A stretch of 64,000 nucleotides of DNA, taken from the NCBI RefSeq assembly GCF_009914755.1, contig NC_060925.1; one strand, written 5' to 3'. Positions 23,953 to 39,139 of this stretch are shown piece after piece; the first letter of the stretch is position 1; each line of letters begins with the position of its first letter. Source of the DNA: the human T2T-CHM13v2.0 reference genome, Homo sapiens. The position numbers were made by a program, and so were the translations under genes. The notes under the pieces are model-generated. The model was not told the DNA's origin, did no database searches, and saw nothing but the letters and a program-made list of their open reading frames with translations.

Positions 23953-25249
23953 CCCTTTTCAAGGTTGCTAACAGCTGGCTACCATTCCAACAAATCAGAA
24001 AGGAATATTACAGGAAAGGAAAAGAGAAGTGGTGTGATTGCAATTGTTGGTATAGGTGCCTGTCTTTCTAGGAGTCTGTTTGCAATTGGAGGGAAAGAGA
24101 TCTGTTTTCCTCACTCTCATATCCCCAGCACGCACACAGCCTGGGGAAAAGAGCTGGAGCCCCCTCACATGTATAGTGCCTACCAGCCGGCATGACAGCT
24201 CTGTGGAGCTATGCCCTTGTGTGAAGAAAAAGTCACCTCTTTCCTGGTGGAGGCAACCCTCAGAGCACATCCAACAGAGAAGCACAATCTGTATTTCAGC
24301 ACCCATGCACCTTCCACTCCCCCCACACACTCCACACTCCTGGCTAAGCCAAGCACCTTTGTGCAGTGCCCAACCTGCACATCTGTTCATGGCATCCCTG
24401 AATGTAGAATGTGTTTAAAACATGTAGTTAGGTTGAATTCATCAATAGGGAGAGGCTGCAAATGCCAAGTATGCAGCCTAGTCCAAGTGGGTTTTTGCTG
24501 ATTTGACTTTATACAAGGAATCAGGCTTTTTGGAAACCCCAGTTTCAGACTAAATAATGTGACCACTGTCATTTGAAAGGTTCTTGGTCTGCTCATGGAC
24601 AGAACCCGAGGGGAAGAAACCTGTCCTGCATCCTAGAGATCCTGAGACTCCTGCCTAGCTTTGTCCAGGAACTCCTACAACAGCCCTGCTCCCATCAGCG
24701 TTACGGTGGAAAATAGCAGAAACATGGCTGGAGCCCTCCAGCTGCCCCGCCCCCTCCCCAGTCTACACCGGGGCTCCCAGCGTAGGAGCCAGCACCCAAC
24801 TCAGCACAGCTTGATGCCCAAGCTCTGCTTCCCCATGGGGGAGACAATTCGCCTGAGAAATATTAACGCCACCTACTTTACAACAGAATGACGATTTAAA
24901 TGCTGCATGGGTCCAAGGCACAGGGCCTTTATTCTAGATCTCCATCCCCCTCCCTCCAGGGCTCGCATGCTATTCCTGACTCCTAGCAACCCAAAAGGTA
25001 CAGCCCCAGCGGCACCATAGACGAACGAAACTGTCTGTCCTGTGTCGGGCCCAGTCCACCGACCTGGCTGCAGCCACCTCCTCCTGTGCTGCCCCAGGTG
25101 TGTCCTCCTCGTTGGGGGAGAATCGCTCCAAGTCAAGGGTAGACATGGAGCTGTAGTCTCTAAATATGGGAGCCTAGAGGAGTAGAGGAACTCACCTTTA
25201 GATCCATGAGAATGCGAGGACAATAGCAGATCCAACTTCGTTCTTCAGC

Positions 25250-25382
25250 ATTCACCTAACATTCGATTTAATTCAACAGATATTTATCATGTGCTTAGGA
25301 CGTGTCAGGCACTGTTCCTGGGCATTGGGGTACGGGGATGAACAAGCTCTGAATATCTGCCTCTGCAGAGCTTCTAATGTAG
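25250..25382 (-). mobile_element. L2 3' end
   Basis: attcaacagatattta...gtgtcaggcactgttcctgggcattgggg. Confidence 0.75.
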
Positions 25383-26199
25383 TCACATTTCTCTTTCATG
25401 GGCATTGATCCCCCAGAGCACGCCACGTCAGCAGGCTCTCACTTGCTATGCCATTCACATTCTGCCTAATCTTCATTGTGCAAAACAGAGAGAGATTGAG
25501 TCCAGCCTGGGAGTGACAGTGCCTAATGGGAGAGGCACTGCCACCAGCACAGGACTCATCCCCATGAGGCATGTTGATTTTCCTTTCGTCTTTCTACACA
25601 TTTCCCCTCTCTCAGTTTTCTTTTCTCTTTCCATACTATTTCCTCTTTGTCTTTCTTCCATCCTCTTTTCTTTCCTGCTCGCCCTTGGGTTCATGGCTCA
25701 GCACTATTATTGGCACTGCTGACCCGGCAAAGCACATCCACCTCTGCGATGTTTTCCAAGAGCAGGGGATCAGAGGGATGTCCTTCTGCTGGGGCCAGTG
25801 CCTGAGGAAGACCCTGTTGGCCATGGATGGGAACTGATTCTGGGCTTACACCACAGCTCCAAAGGAAAGGGGCCGGGGATGTGTCTACACAGGCCTGACT
25901 GACCTGGCAAGAAAGTGACATGCGCACTGACTGGCCCAGAGGAACTCTGATAAGAGGAGATGCCAGGGCTGAAGCTCCTCCCAAATGCTTTCTCCAGGCT
26001 CTGTGTGACAACAACTGCCCTTCAGGCTCACTCCACCTCTCATCCGCTGTCCACAGCTCAGGGCCCCAGAGGCTACCATACCCACAGGGGACACTCCTCC
26101 AAGATCCTGGGGATGAGGATGAAAATGTCAGCCTCCCCGCCCACGGTCAATGAGGGTCAACATTAAATCAGAACTTTAACTTTGCAGTAGCAGCCACTG

Positions 26200-26380
26200 G
26201 GAGCAATTTTCTAGAAATGTGCTGCTGACCACATTAGCATATCCCAAACTAAATGTAAATGCACATACGCTGAGTTACAGTCTTGGAAACTGAAATCTGT
26301 TTTGAGCTATAGAAAATGAAAAAGTGATGTGTGCAAGGAATCTATGCAAAGGAGCCTCAAAGAGGAAGAATGAGTCAGGC
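26200..26380. promoter_or_regulatory. Candidate immune-type enhancer
   Basis: RUNX GACCACA, ATTAGCAT, IRF-like GGAAACTGAAA 26285-26295 and GAAAATGAAAAAGTGA 26312-26327, ETS AGAGGAAG, AP-1 TGAGTCA 26371-26377. Confidence 0.4.
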
Positions 26381-26490
26381 TTGCCCCACATAACCAGAGA
26401 CCATGGCCAGCACCCAAGGGCCAGGCTCTGCCAAGCCAGACAAAGGTCCTTCAGCCAGTGACACTCCAAAATCTCTCAAAAGTGATCCAG

Positions 26491-26645
26491 AAACCAAGTG
26501 TGGTGGTACACACTGTAGGCTCAGCTACTCAGGAGGCTGGGATGGGAATTGGAGGCCACAGTGTACCATGATCACACCTGTGAATGACCACTTCACTCCA
26601 GCCTGAGCAACATACTGAGACCCCATCTCTAACAACAACAACAAC
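26491..26645 (+). mobile_element. FAM (fossil Alu monomer, 7SL-derived)
   Basis: Retains the 7SL-type gatcacacctgtgaatgaccac segment absent from dimeric Alu; (AAC)n tail; TSD aaagtga(t/c)ccag. Confidence 0.8.
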
Positions 26646-26699
26646 AAAGTGACCCAGGGGTTTGAATCACTAAAAAAAACTAAGGGTATTTTGTGTCCA

Positions 26700-27310
<611 letters not shown>

Positions 27311-27603
27311 TATTTCTGTTTTTTAACTCAAATAAAATGATTATTTAAATCATCCGCCTCTGAAACAGAACTGTTTAAGAATGTCCTGGTTGTGTGACTG
27401 TTTGCAGAAACGAGTGAGCGTACTTGTGACTCAACCACTCACTCCCTGTGACCGTCAGTGGATTTGACCATATACAGTCTTTCATTAAGTTAGTCTTTGT
27501 CATATATTGCTTATTTTACTTCCACGGTGGAGCACTGGCTGAAGACAAGAAGCATAAGAACCCTGATGATGAAATACAGGAACTTCACAACAAGCATAAA
27601 ATG

Positions 27604-27808
27604 AGCCGCGCACCATGCCTTATGCCTGTAATCTCAGCACTTTGAAAGGCTGAAGTCGGGGGATTGCTTGAGGCCAGAAGTTTGAGACCAGCCTGGGCAA
27701 CATACTGAGACCCCATCTCTACAAAAAAATTAAAAATAAACTAGCCAGACTGGGCAGCAGAGTGAGATCCTGTTTCTAAAAAAATAAAAATAAATAAATA
27801 AATAAAAT
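27604..27808 (+). mobile_element. AluJ with most of the right arm deleted
   Basis: Left arm + linker joined directly to cagactgggcagcagagtgaga + (AAAT)n tail. Confidence 0.85.
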
Positions 27809-28005
27809 GGTAATAATTCAGCAAATTTATCTGAAGATTATTTTCACCAGACCCAGAGTTTTTGTACTTCAAAAATGTAAGTTGAAAGAAAAAAATGTAT
27901 ATATTGGTGATTCTATCTAATTTGGCTTTTTATTTATTGGTGACAAAAAAAATCCATATACTATAATGTATTATTTGAAAAGAACAGCTGAAATCTCCTG
28001 TCTGA

Positions 28006-28343
<338 letters not shown>

Positions 28344-28649
28344 TCAAATATAAGCATTCCAAATGTCAGGAAAATTAAAACAGTTGCGGATTTTCATGTG
28401 TTATAACATATATATGTTACATGTTTTTATATGCTATAACATTATAAAATATATACATTTAGTAAAAAAATCAAACTTTTTTGCTTTTTTTACTTTATTT
28501 TTACTTTTTGCCTTTTTTACTTTATAAATCACATTTTTCTTACATATCTCAAATCCACTTAGTGATATGTGTCACTTTAGAGGGAAAAAAGACAAATATC
28601 GTGAATATTTTAAAGACTGTCCAAAAATACACTTTCAATACATGAATTA

Positions 28650-29056
<407 letters not shown>

Positions 29057-29328
29057 TTAAAATCACTTATTTATCATATATCACTCAAAAGGGAAAAGCA
29101 TGTTTCTATTTACAGAAAGGTTTAAAAAGTTATACAAGTCAAAATATGGAGAAAACGAACTCCATCGGGATCTGTTGGATCTAATTTCAATTTTTGAGGG
29201 TTTTTTTTTGAGAAGTTCTATTGGTAAGGATTCGTATTACTTGATTTTTTTATTTCTTAAAGGGTTTCCAAAGGAAAAAAGTAATTACTTATTTTTCCTA
29301 AAAAAATAAGACTCACTCTATATTGCAA

Positions 29329-30992
29329 TTACCATATGCACCCACTGGACCCTTTTATACATCTAAGTTACATCTGAGGAGCTTAGGGTTCTTATTTTTT
29401 CCATATCTTGAAACAGTTTTGCTATTTCATCATTACTCATGAATTATTCCAAACTACACTTTTAGAAAAAGAAATGGTAGAATGACCTAGATTAGAAGAA
29501 TGATGCGATCGTGAGATTAATCATTACACTTTCATCATTCTCAGTTTTCCTATTGCCTTGGCAGAAGTATGGCATCATCTTTGAGAAGGTATGAAGAGGA
29601 CTAGAGACACCTTCTCTGTAGCCTGCTTTTTGCTTGCACTGAATGCAGTTGAAAATTCAGAATTTTTTACTTTCAGCCTATAATGGCAAAGAGGAAAAAA
29701 AGTATAGGAAGATGTTTCACAACTGTTAGATGAATTCGAAGGAGAAAGCCAAAAGATAGCCGGTCTCTAGATACCAATGACGATGATGAAATTGACCGTG
29801 TAAGTGAAATCTCAGATTGTACATCTACAGATGGCAATATCCTCGACACATTTCTGAGACTCAAAATTTGATGGATAAATGATATATTTCCATAGACCTA
29901 AAGGGAATATGGTGTTCTCATCCAGTTAGCCATTCCACCAGAAGGACTTTATTATGCAATATTCTGTCAACAGGACCTGGACTATGTCATTTGCTAAAAA
30001 GATGCCTGGCAGTGTTTTTTCAACTTTTATGATGTTTGTACACTGAGATTTACTTGGGTTTTGTGTTTGTTTGTTTGTTTGTTTGTTTGCTTGCTTGCTT
30101 GTATGCTTTTGTGTTAGAGACAGAGTCTCACTCTGTCACCCAGGCTGGAGTACAGTGGTGCAATCATGGCTCACTGAGACCTCAAACTCCTGGGCCCAAG
30201 AGATCTTCCTGCCTCATCCTCCTTTGTAGCTGGAACTTACAGGCATGAGCCATCACACTCAGCTAATTTCTTTCTTTTTTTTTTTTTTTTTTTTTTTTTT
30301 GGGTAGAGACAGGGTCTCTCTATAGTGCCTGGGCTGGTCTCGAACTCCTGGCCTCAAGTGATCCTCCCACCTCAGCCTCCCAATGTGCTATGACTACAGG
30401 CATGAGCCAGTGCACCCAGCCTGAAATTTCCTTGATATGTTTTGTTAAATGAACAGATGTTGAAGGCAAGTGTGTATACAAAGGTCACTGGAAGGAAATA
30501 AAAAACTTAGTGGCTTGATCATCTTAAACGGTGTTTACAAATCTAAAAACGAAAATGCTCTGCAATTATGAAGCAAAGAAGATGGTCATCCTCTCTTTAA
30601 CAAAACTGTTTTTGAAGGCTTCAAATTTGTTTTATGTATTTTGACAATGCAAGTGCAAGAAGAGGCAGAAGCAATGGTAAGTGTGAAATTTAATTAGAGA
30701 TGTGTTTGAAATCTGAATCAGTATATCTAAGATGGATGTTCCAGATTCATGCATGACAGCTGATGAGAAGTTAGTTGCCTTTGGAGAGTATTGTTCACTT
30801 TGAGTTATATACACCTTCAAAATCAAGAAAACATAGAATTTTAAAAACTGGACTTGGTGTGTTTAAATTCTGGTGTCTGAATTTCTAGCAGAGTTTTTTT
30901 TTTTCACTCTCCTTTCATTTTTATTTCTACAAACTATATGTAAAATGACTGAAAAATATTTTATAGGGTCCATTGCATCTAGATGGTAAAGG
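29329..30992 (+). mobile_element. piggyBac-family DNA transposon fossil (Looper-like), split by an AluJ
   Basis: Imperfect TIRs 29329-29352 / 30966-30989 (18/24); decayed transposase frames GLIILNGVYKSKNENALQL*SKEDGHPLFNK (~30512-30604), IRDVFEI, MTADEKLVAFGEYCSL*V (~30752-30805) matching the piggyBac TVDEQLV.FRGRCPF motif. Confidence 0.88.
30057..30421 (-). mobile_element. AluJ with (TTTG)n tail inside the piggyBac fossil
   Basis: TSD ctga(g/a)attt(a/c)cttg. Confidence 0.92.
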
Positions 30993-31039
30993 GAAATGAC
31001 TGTTTTCTTTCTGATAAACTGAGGGTTATATAAGCAGAA

Positions 31040-31242
31040 ATTTCCCAAAATGTATTCTGCAGAATATTGTGGTCAAATATGTTTGAGCAATGTTGACTAA
31101 AACAGAACAAAATTTTTTTTAACTGCAGGACTTCTCTAAACCTTTAACATACAAGATGTCCAAAATTGGTTTGAACATGGAATCTTTGGGGGCAGGATAT
31201 TACACAGGACTGGAGACTCCTATAGAACACTTTAAACACGTC
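31040..31242. mobile_element. Charlie4z/MER103-like hAT fragment
   Basis: tttcccaaaatgtattctgcagaata...actgcaggacttctctaaacctttaacat. Confidence 0.6.
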
Positions 31243-31425
31243 TGGAAGGTAAAGAGACAGAAAGCCAAACCATATTACTAGTTAGCTAAGATTAAATTTA
31301 TGGAGGCTTTTCCCCTTTTTTGGGAAAAAATTAAAGCATTAGAAAACCTGCTCCCTGAGAGAAGCCCTACCAGAGGACCAGGGTGAGAGGGAAGAGAACG
31401 GGCTATGATCCCTAAGGGTGTCTGA

Positions 31426-31827
<402 letters not shown>

Positions 31828-31918
31828 GCTTTCTTTCTAAGAGAAGGAACAAGAAGTAGCCCATTCTCCTAGGGACAGGGGATGTAATCAGACCCTCAGC
31901 ATGTAAAGGGTTTAGTAG

Positions 31919-32213
31919 GGCAGGTTGCTACTCACGCCTATAATCCCAACACTTTGGGAGGCCGCAGTGGGCAGATCACTTGAGTCAAGGAGTTTGAAAC
32001 CAGCCTGGGCAACATGCTGAAATCCTGTCTCTACAAAAAAATATAAAAATTAACCAGGCATGGTGGCACACACGCCTACAGTCCCAGCTACCCCAGAGGC
32101 CGAGGTGAGAGGATCGCTGGACCCTAGGGGTCAGAGGTTGCAGTGAGCCCAGATCGTGCCACTGCACTCAAGCCTGCATGACAGAGCAGTATCCTGTCTC
32201 TAAATAAATAAAT
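31919..32213 (+). mobile_element. Alu (J/S)
   Basis: Dimeric Alu; TSD agggttta(g/a)tag. Confidence 0.92.
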
Positions 32214-32339
32214 AGGGTTTAATAGAAAAACTCGCTGAGCCCTACCAAATCCCCAAGGGTGAAAGGTGGGGGACAGTGGGTGGTGGGAAGAAAGGAAAGC
32301 AGTGGTTCTAGATCCTGGACACAGAAATGATTTTAAAAA

Positions 32340-32594
32340 TTATTTTTTAATTTTTTTAATTGACAAATAATAACTGCACATATTTGTAGCGATGGGGTAC
32401 ATAGTGATGTTTCCATACATACAACGTATAGTGATCAAGTCAGTGTAATTAGCATATCCATCATCTCAAACATTCATCATTTCCTTGTGTTGGGAACATT
32501 CAATATCCTCCTTCTAGCTGCCGGAAAGCAGGTAGTATTTTATTGTTAACTATAGTCATTCTACACTGATCTAGAGTGCTAGAGCTTAGTCCTG
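32340..32594 (-). mobile_element. L1MA 3' end
   Basis: ttaattgacaaataataa...atggggtacatagtgatgttt...tgggaacattcaatatcctccttctagct. Confidence 0.85.
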
Positions 32595-32829
32595 GGCTCC
32601 TGCCACCTGGATGTTGCTGAGATGAATGAACAGACCACATATGAGACTAAGAATGCCTTCCCACAAGGTTCTGAAACAGGGATCCAGCCCTGGGCTTGAC
32701 CTCCCTCACCTCTTCCAGCCACCAGCTCCATCCACCAGCCCTGGCGGCAGCCGGTGCTCCTGCTCTGCCTCCTCCTAGGTCACAAGAGAAGAACTGCCCC
32801 TGGCCTGTCGAGGGCTGACAACTCCACTC

Positions 32830-34820
32830 GTTCCCAGAATCACATCACCACGCTCCTCATGGACACCTCTCCTGCCGCTGTCCTCTCTCCCACATCCCTC
32901 TCCAGCACCCGGGCCATTTTCATGCTTCTTTCCAGAGGGAAACTCTCCAAAGAGTTGTGCAGACACCATCACAACCTCCTTGCCACCCATTCTCTCTTCC
33001 AATAGCCCCAGTCTAGCTCTTCCTTCACCTCTTCCTAAAATAGTTTCCCAAAGACCTACGTTGAGCCAACGCTGATGCTCACACCACTGTCTTTGTCTCG
33101 CTCGAGCCCTCAACAGCATCAGAGTTGATCATCTCGTCTTAGAGATACTTCCTTCGGGTGACTTGCCACCCACCTCTATCTGGTTTTTCTCCTCCCTCCT
33201 CCCCATGCTTTCTCAGGATCCTTTGTCTCTTCCGGACCTCTACCTATCACTCAAATGCCCCAGAGCTCTGATATTAGCTCTTCTCTCTTCCACATCTACT
33301 CTCTCATCTAGTCCCGAGACTTTAAATGTCACCTATATGTAGATGGCTTTCAAATGTTATCCCTGTGTCTGTTTATCCCTGAAGCCCTAGACTGGTCTAG
33401 CCCAACTGCCCAGCTCAGCATCTCCATTTAGATTTCAAATACGCAGCTCCAACTTCGCATGACCAAAAAGCGTCTCAATCCCAACTTAGCTCCCTAAGCC
33501 TCCTCATCTCAATAAATCATGCCAGCAGCATAGGCCAGAAACCTAAGAGTCAGATTTAACTCCTCTTTCTCATCTCCCAGTCATCCCCCAACATCCAGTC
33601 CAAGAGTAAAATCCACAGGGTCTACCTTCCTAGCACATCCTGAAACTGAAAGCTTTTCATCATCTCCCCAGACACTCCTCCAGTCTGAGCAGCAGCATCT
33701 CCGACTCGGACCCCTGCCGCATCCAGTCCTAACAGGCCTCCCTGCCACCATCGGTCTTGGCTCCTAGGGTTCACCTCCAGACCACAGCCAGAGTGAGTTT
33801 TCTATAGCACTGATTAGATCACATCACTCTTGTATTTGTTTCTTGTGGCTGTCATAACAAAGTACCACAAACCGGGAGGTGAAACAAGAGAAATGTATTC
33901 TCAGCATTCGGGAGGCCAGAAGTTCAAGATCAAGATGGCAGCAGGATCCGTTTCTTCTGGAGGCTCCAAGGGAGAACCCATTTCCTGCCTCTCTCCTAGC
34001 TTTTGGTGGTTGCTGGGAATCTTTGCCACTCTTTGGCTTGTATCGCCCCAACCCCCACCTCCATCTCCACATTACCCTCTCCTCTGTGTGACTCATTTTC
34101 TGTTTCTTACAAAGACATTCTTATTGGATTCAGAGCCCACCTTGATCCAGGATGGATCTTCATCCTTGCCTTCATTACTTCTGCAAATAACCTATTTGCA
34201 AATAAGGTCACATTCAGAGTTTCCCAGTGGGCGTGAATTTTGGAGGTCACTATTCAACCCACTCTAACTCCCCCACTTAAAACTTCCCAGTGATTTCCTG
34301 TTGTCACAAGAATAAAATCCAAATCCCCATCAGGTCCTGGGGATCTAGCATCTGCCTAGTCCTTCGACCTCATTTCCTTCCACCCTGCTTTCGTTCACCA
34401 CACTCCAGCTACACTGGCTTCTTTCTCTCCCTTGAGCATGCCAAGGTATTCCCACCTCCAACCCTTTGCACTTGCTATTCCTTCCTCTTGGAACACCATT
34501 TCCCCAGACTTGCACATGGCTGCCTCTTCATCATTCAGATCAAAACAAAAAATGCCAGGTCAAGAGAATTTTTCTGACTGTTCTGTTAGCTAAATCTACA
34601 TATAAATCTACATAGCTAAAGCAACCCCCACTGTTAGTCACTACCTCATTACACTACTTTATCTCCTTTGTGGCAAATAACAGTATCTTAAATCACTGGG
34701 TTTATTTGTTGATGAACTTACTAGCTACACCCATAAGAAAGTAAGTGCCTTGCGTGCAGGGCTTTCTAACTGGCTTAGAGCCCTACTATTCACACAGTAG
34801 GTGCTTGTGGAAGAAATTTT
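32830..34820 (+). mobile_element. Long L2 fragment interrupted by MLT1C
   Basis: ctttaaatgtcacctatatgtagatg, ggccagaaacctaagagtc, cactccagctacactggc, gtaagtgccttgcgtgcaggg. Confidence 0.85.
33831..34266 (-). mobile_element. MLT1C-type MaLR solo LTR
   Basis: tgtatttgtttcttgtggctgtcataacaaa...cactattcaacccactcta; TSD actct/actcc. Confidence 0.88.
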
Positions 34821-34849
34821 GGACTGGCCCATTCAAAATCCATGGCATC

Positions 34850-35170
34850 TGGAGTGCAACTACCGTCACAACGGAAAGTTGCCTTCCTGAAATGCAGAAG
34901 CTGGAATGCTAAAAACCACATTTCCCAGGCACCCCTGCAACCAAAGTCCCAGTTGTAATTTAAATTCCTCAAATAACAGGTAGTCATGCAAGACTTGAAT
35001 TTCGAACTGGGTTCAGAGGAGACAGAAGCCTTGGATGTGAGGCATCTGTTTGGGGGGCACAGATTGTAGCAGCTGTATGGCAGCTTTGCAGTGGGTGGCC
35101 AGCTTCCTGGTGGTAGCAGGAGCAGCAGCTCTTAGTGGGCTCACCCATGAACATTCAGCCTAGAACTAGA
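34850..35170 (+). mobile_element. LTR33-like ERVL LTR fragment
   Basis: gaagctggaatgctaaaaaccacatttcccaggcacccctgcaacc. Confidence 0.55.
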
Positions 35171-35228
35171 TACCTGTGATGTCATTTAGGGACCACCGAG
35201 ATAATCCAGAAGAATCTCCCCATCTTAA

Positions 35229-35558
<330 letters not shown>

Positions 35559-35590
35559 CCGCAAAATTCCTTTTATCCAAATAAGGTAAA

Positions 35591-36420
35591 TGTTTTAGTT
35601 TTTCCAGGCTGCTGAAACAAACTACTATAAACTGAGTGGCTTACAAACAACAGAAATTTGTTTATCACAGTTCTGGAGGCTGGGAAGTCCAAGGTCAGGA
35701 CACTGGCAGAGGTGATATCTGGGTGAGACAGGAGAATAGGGAATTAGGGTAACCAAGGGTTAAGGCATAAGCAAAAGAACAGCAGGTGCAGCCAGTTCTA
35801 GGCAAGATTAGGCAGCATACAGGCCACATTTTTACTCCAGTGATAACAAGACAGAAGTTTCCATCTCAGCCTCTGATTGATAGCAGGCCAAGCTTCCACT
35901 TCAGCCTCTGATTGGTCACAGGGCAATCCTTCATAAGATGGAACCAACTGGAGACCTCTAAAGGGCACCTAGGGGTGTTACCAAATTATTTCAGCTTAAT
36001 AAAAACCCGAATTGGGAGGTTCTTGAGTTGCCGGCTCGAGCCTGTTCCCACTCTGTGAAGTGTACTTTCGCTTCAATAATCTGTACTTGTGTTACTTCAT
36101 TCTTTTGTTGCTTCATTTGTCTTTCATTGCTTCATTCTTTTGCTGCTTTGTTTCTGCATTTTGTTCAACTCTTTGTTCAACACCCCAAGAACCTAGACAA
36201 CTCACAGTCAAGACCTTCCATCCATTAACATGGGGAGGGCTCGCTTCCTGGTTCATACATAGTGATGGACTTTCTTGCTGTGTCCTCACATGGTGGGAGG
36301 GACTAGCTCTGCACTCTCTTTTACAAGGGCACCTCCCAAAGGCCCCACCTCCTATTACCGTCACCTTGGGCATTAGGATTTCAGCAGATGAATTTGGGAT
36401 AGGACACCAATATTCAGCTG
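35591..36420 (-). mobile_element. MLT1A/MSTC-type MaLR LTR interrupted by an ERV LTR
   Basis: tgttttagtt...ggctgctgaaacaaa...gggaagtccaaggtcagg | gagggctcgcttcctggttcata...cacctcccaaaggccccacctc. Confidence 0.8.
35724..36230 (+). mobile_element. ERV solo LTR (class I-type by TSD length; subfamily not assigned)
   Basis: TG...CA termini, 4-bp TSD tggg, repeated cagcctctgattg CCAAT-type boxes, AATAAA ~35998, ttgttcaactctttgttcaa...ccaagaacct 3' motif. Confidence 0.85.
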
Positions 36421-37409
36421 TAATATTTATAGGTTCCAGGAATTAGGACCTGATATTTTGGGGGAGGCAATAATTCAGCTTACTACACTGGCCTTGACCA
36501 GAAAACTATGTTCTAAGATCTTTTCCAGCTATTCAAAGGGAATGCCACTGGCGTGCGTGCCCGTCTCCTACCCCACCTCCATTTATTTCTCCCTTGAAGG
36601 ACTTACCTAATGAGGGAAAGTGAGGAGAAAGGGAAAGAGCAAACATGCAATGGCTGCAGACACTCAGCCAAGGGAACTAGGAAGTGCGTGAGCCAAGCTC
36701 TGACCAGGTGTAGACACTCAGCCGAGAGACGAAAACGAATAACCAAATTGCTGGAGCATCAGCCAAGTGTATTCAGCTGCATCTGATAGGCCAAGAGAGG
36801 GACAAGTGCTTGGCATGTTCACCTTAGCAGACAGGTGCATTGGGCCTGGTATGCCCTTGGAAAAAGATCCCTTCCCAGGTGAGGGCTGGCTTTCCAGGAA
36901 AACTCCAGCCAGCCTCGCCCATTTTTAAGGACAAGGAGGAGGAAGGAGGCAAGAGAGAGAATGAGAATAGGGAAGTAGGAACAGATGGCTTCCTGGACCC
37001 AAGAGGCTATTCACCAAAGATCAAAAGAAGTGAAGAGATGAAGGAATTATCTGGATAAATTAAGCAAAAATAAAAAGAGGCAATGGGACTTGGGGACCTT
37101 TCCAGCCAGGGCCGGTTGTCTACACTGTTAAGCTCACTAGACAATTGTTCAGACTTTTCTGCACGTGAGAGGGCAACAAAAAACTGACCCCAGGGTAGGT
37201 CTAAAAGCCCCCGATTCCTTCTCCCATCTTAGCACCCCTTTGACATTAAGTCAAGCCATTCAACCTGAGTAGAAATAAAATAAGAATATCAAAGTAGTGC
37301 CTGCATATAATTAGGCAATACTGACCAAAATAAAGTAGGTTTGATCTCTTTAATGGGTGAATAAAATGCTGACATCAGCACCATGTTGTTTGGCAAAATG
37401 TGCAATATT

Positions 37410-38440
37410 AATTCATTCATTTGATAACTAATAAGTACCTGGGGATATATTGATTAATCAGACATGAATCTTGCTCTCAAGCAGCTTACAGTCTAATAAA
37501 AGACATAGAGCATGCTCATAAATAATGCATTTAATCTTATCAATAAACCTGTGAGCTAGTCACCCTGACTCCCACTTTATGGATGAGAAAAACTCAAGTT
37601 TGCAGTAAACACCTTGTACAGAGTCATACAGTTAGTGGCAGAGCCTGGATTTGAGCCACATGTCTCACTGCTAAAGCCCATACTTTTTTCACATGACTCT
37701 AAGGTTTTCTGAAGAAGAAACCTTTGAATTTTCAAAGCTATATGGGATTTGAACAAGTGGAGATGAAAGAAAGGGCACTTAATGTAGAGAAAAAAGAAGA
37801 AGTACAGAGATGCCGTTGTGATATTAATCGACATGGGAAATAAGAAATAGGAAGTTTGTGGATGGAAATTATGAGCTCAACTTTTAAAAATATCTTTGAA
37901 GGACTTCTAGGACACGCAGCTAGAAAAAACAGCAGTCATTCAGAAATGCAAAACTGGAACCCCACAGAGAAGCCTAGACCGGATATTTAGATCTGGGTGT
38001 CCTCACCCAAAAAAGAATGGTGGAAGCCATGAATCCACTAAGGCACAAAGTCTATGATGAGAAGACGAAAGAAGAGAAAGGGCCAAGAACCTTTGGAAGT
38101 TCTACCGTTAGGAAGTAGAAGAAAGGAATGGAAGGTGGAAAAGAATGAGTAGGCAGGAGAGCTGAGAAAGTCAAGCATTCCAGAACACAGGGGAGGAGAA
38201 ACTTGAGGGATGAAAGCCCGATGAATTCTACAAGGAGAACAAGGAGAATGAGTTTTGATTGGTAAAAGGCACTGGATGGGCAAGTAGGAGGCTTTTGGTG
38301 ACGTTTAAATAAGAGCATGTGTTTGAGTAATGGAAACAACAAGGATAAATTGCCCCTTCAAAAACTCTGATAACAAAAGGGAGGAAAAAGAAGAAATAAG
38401 AACAAGGGACAGATAATTTTTATGGAATAATCCCAGGCTT
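37410..38440 (-). mobile_element. L2 fragment with an embedded MIR (~37525-37700)
   Basis: attcattcatttgataa...gcagcttacagtctaa; cccactttatggatgagaaaactcaag...gttagtggcagagcctggatttga; gatatttagatctgggtgtc. Confidence 0.7.
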
Positions 38441-38464
38441 GTCTGCATAATTTAAAACATTATG

Positions 38465-39139
<675 letters not shown>

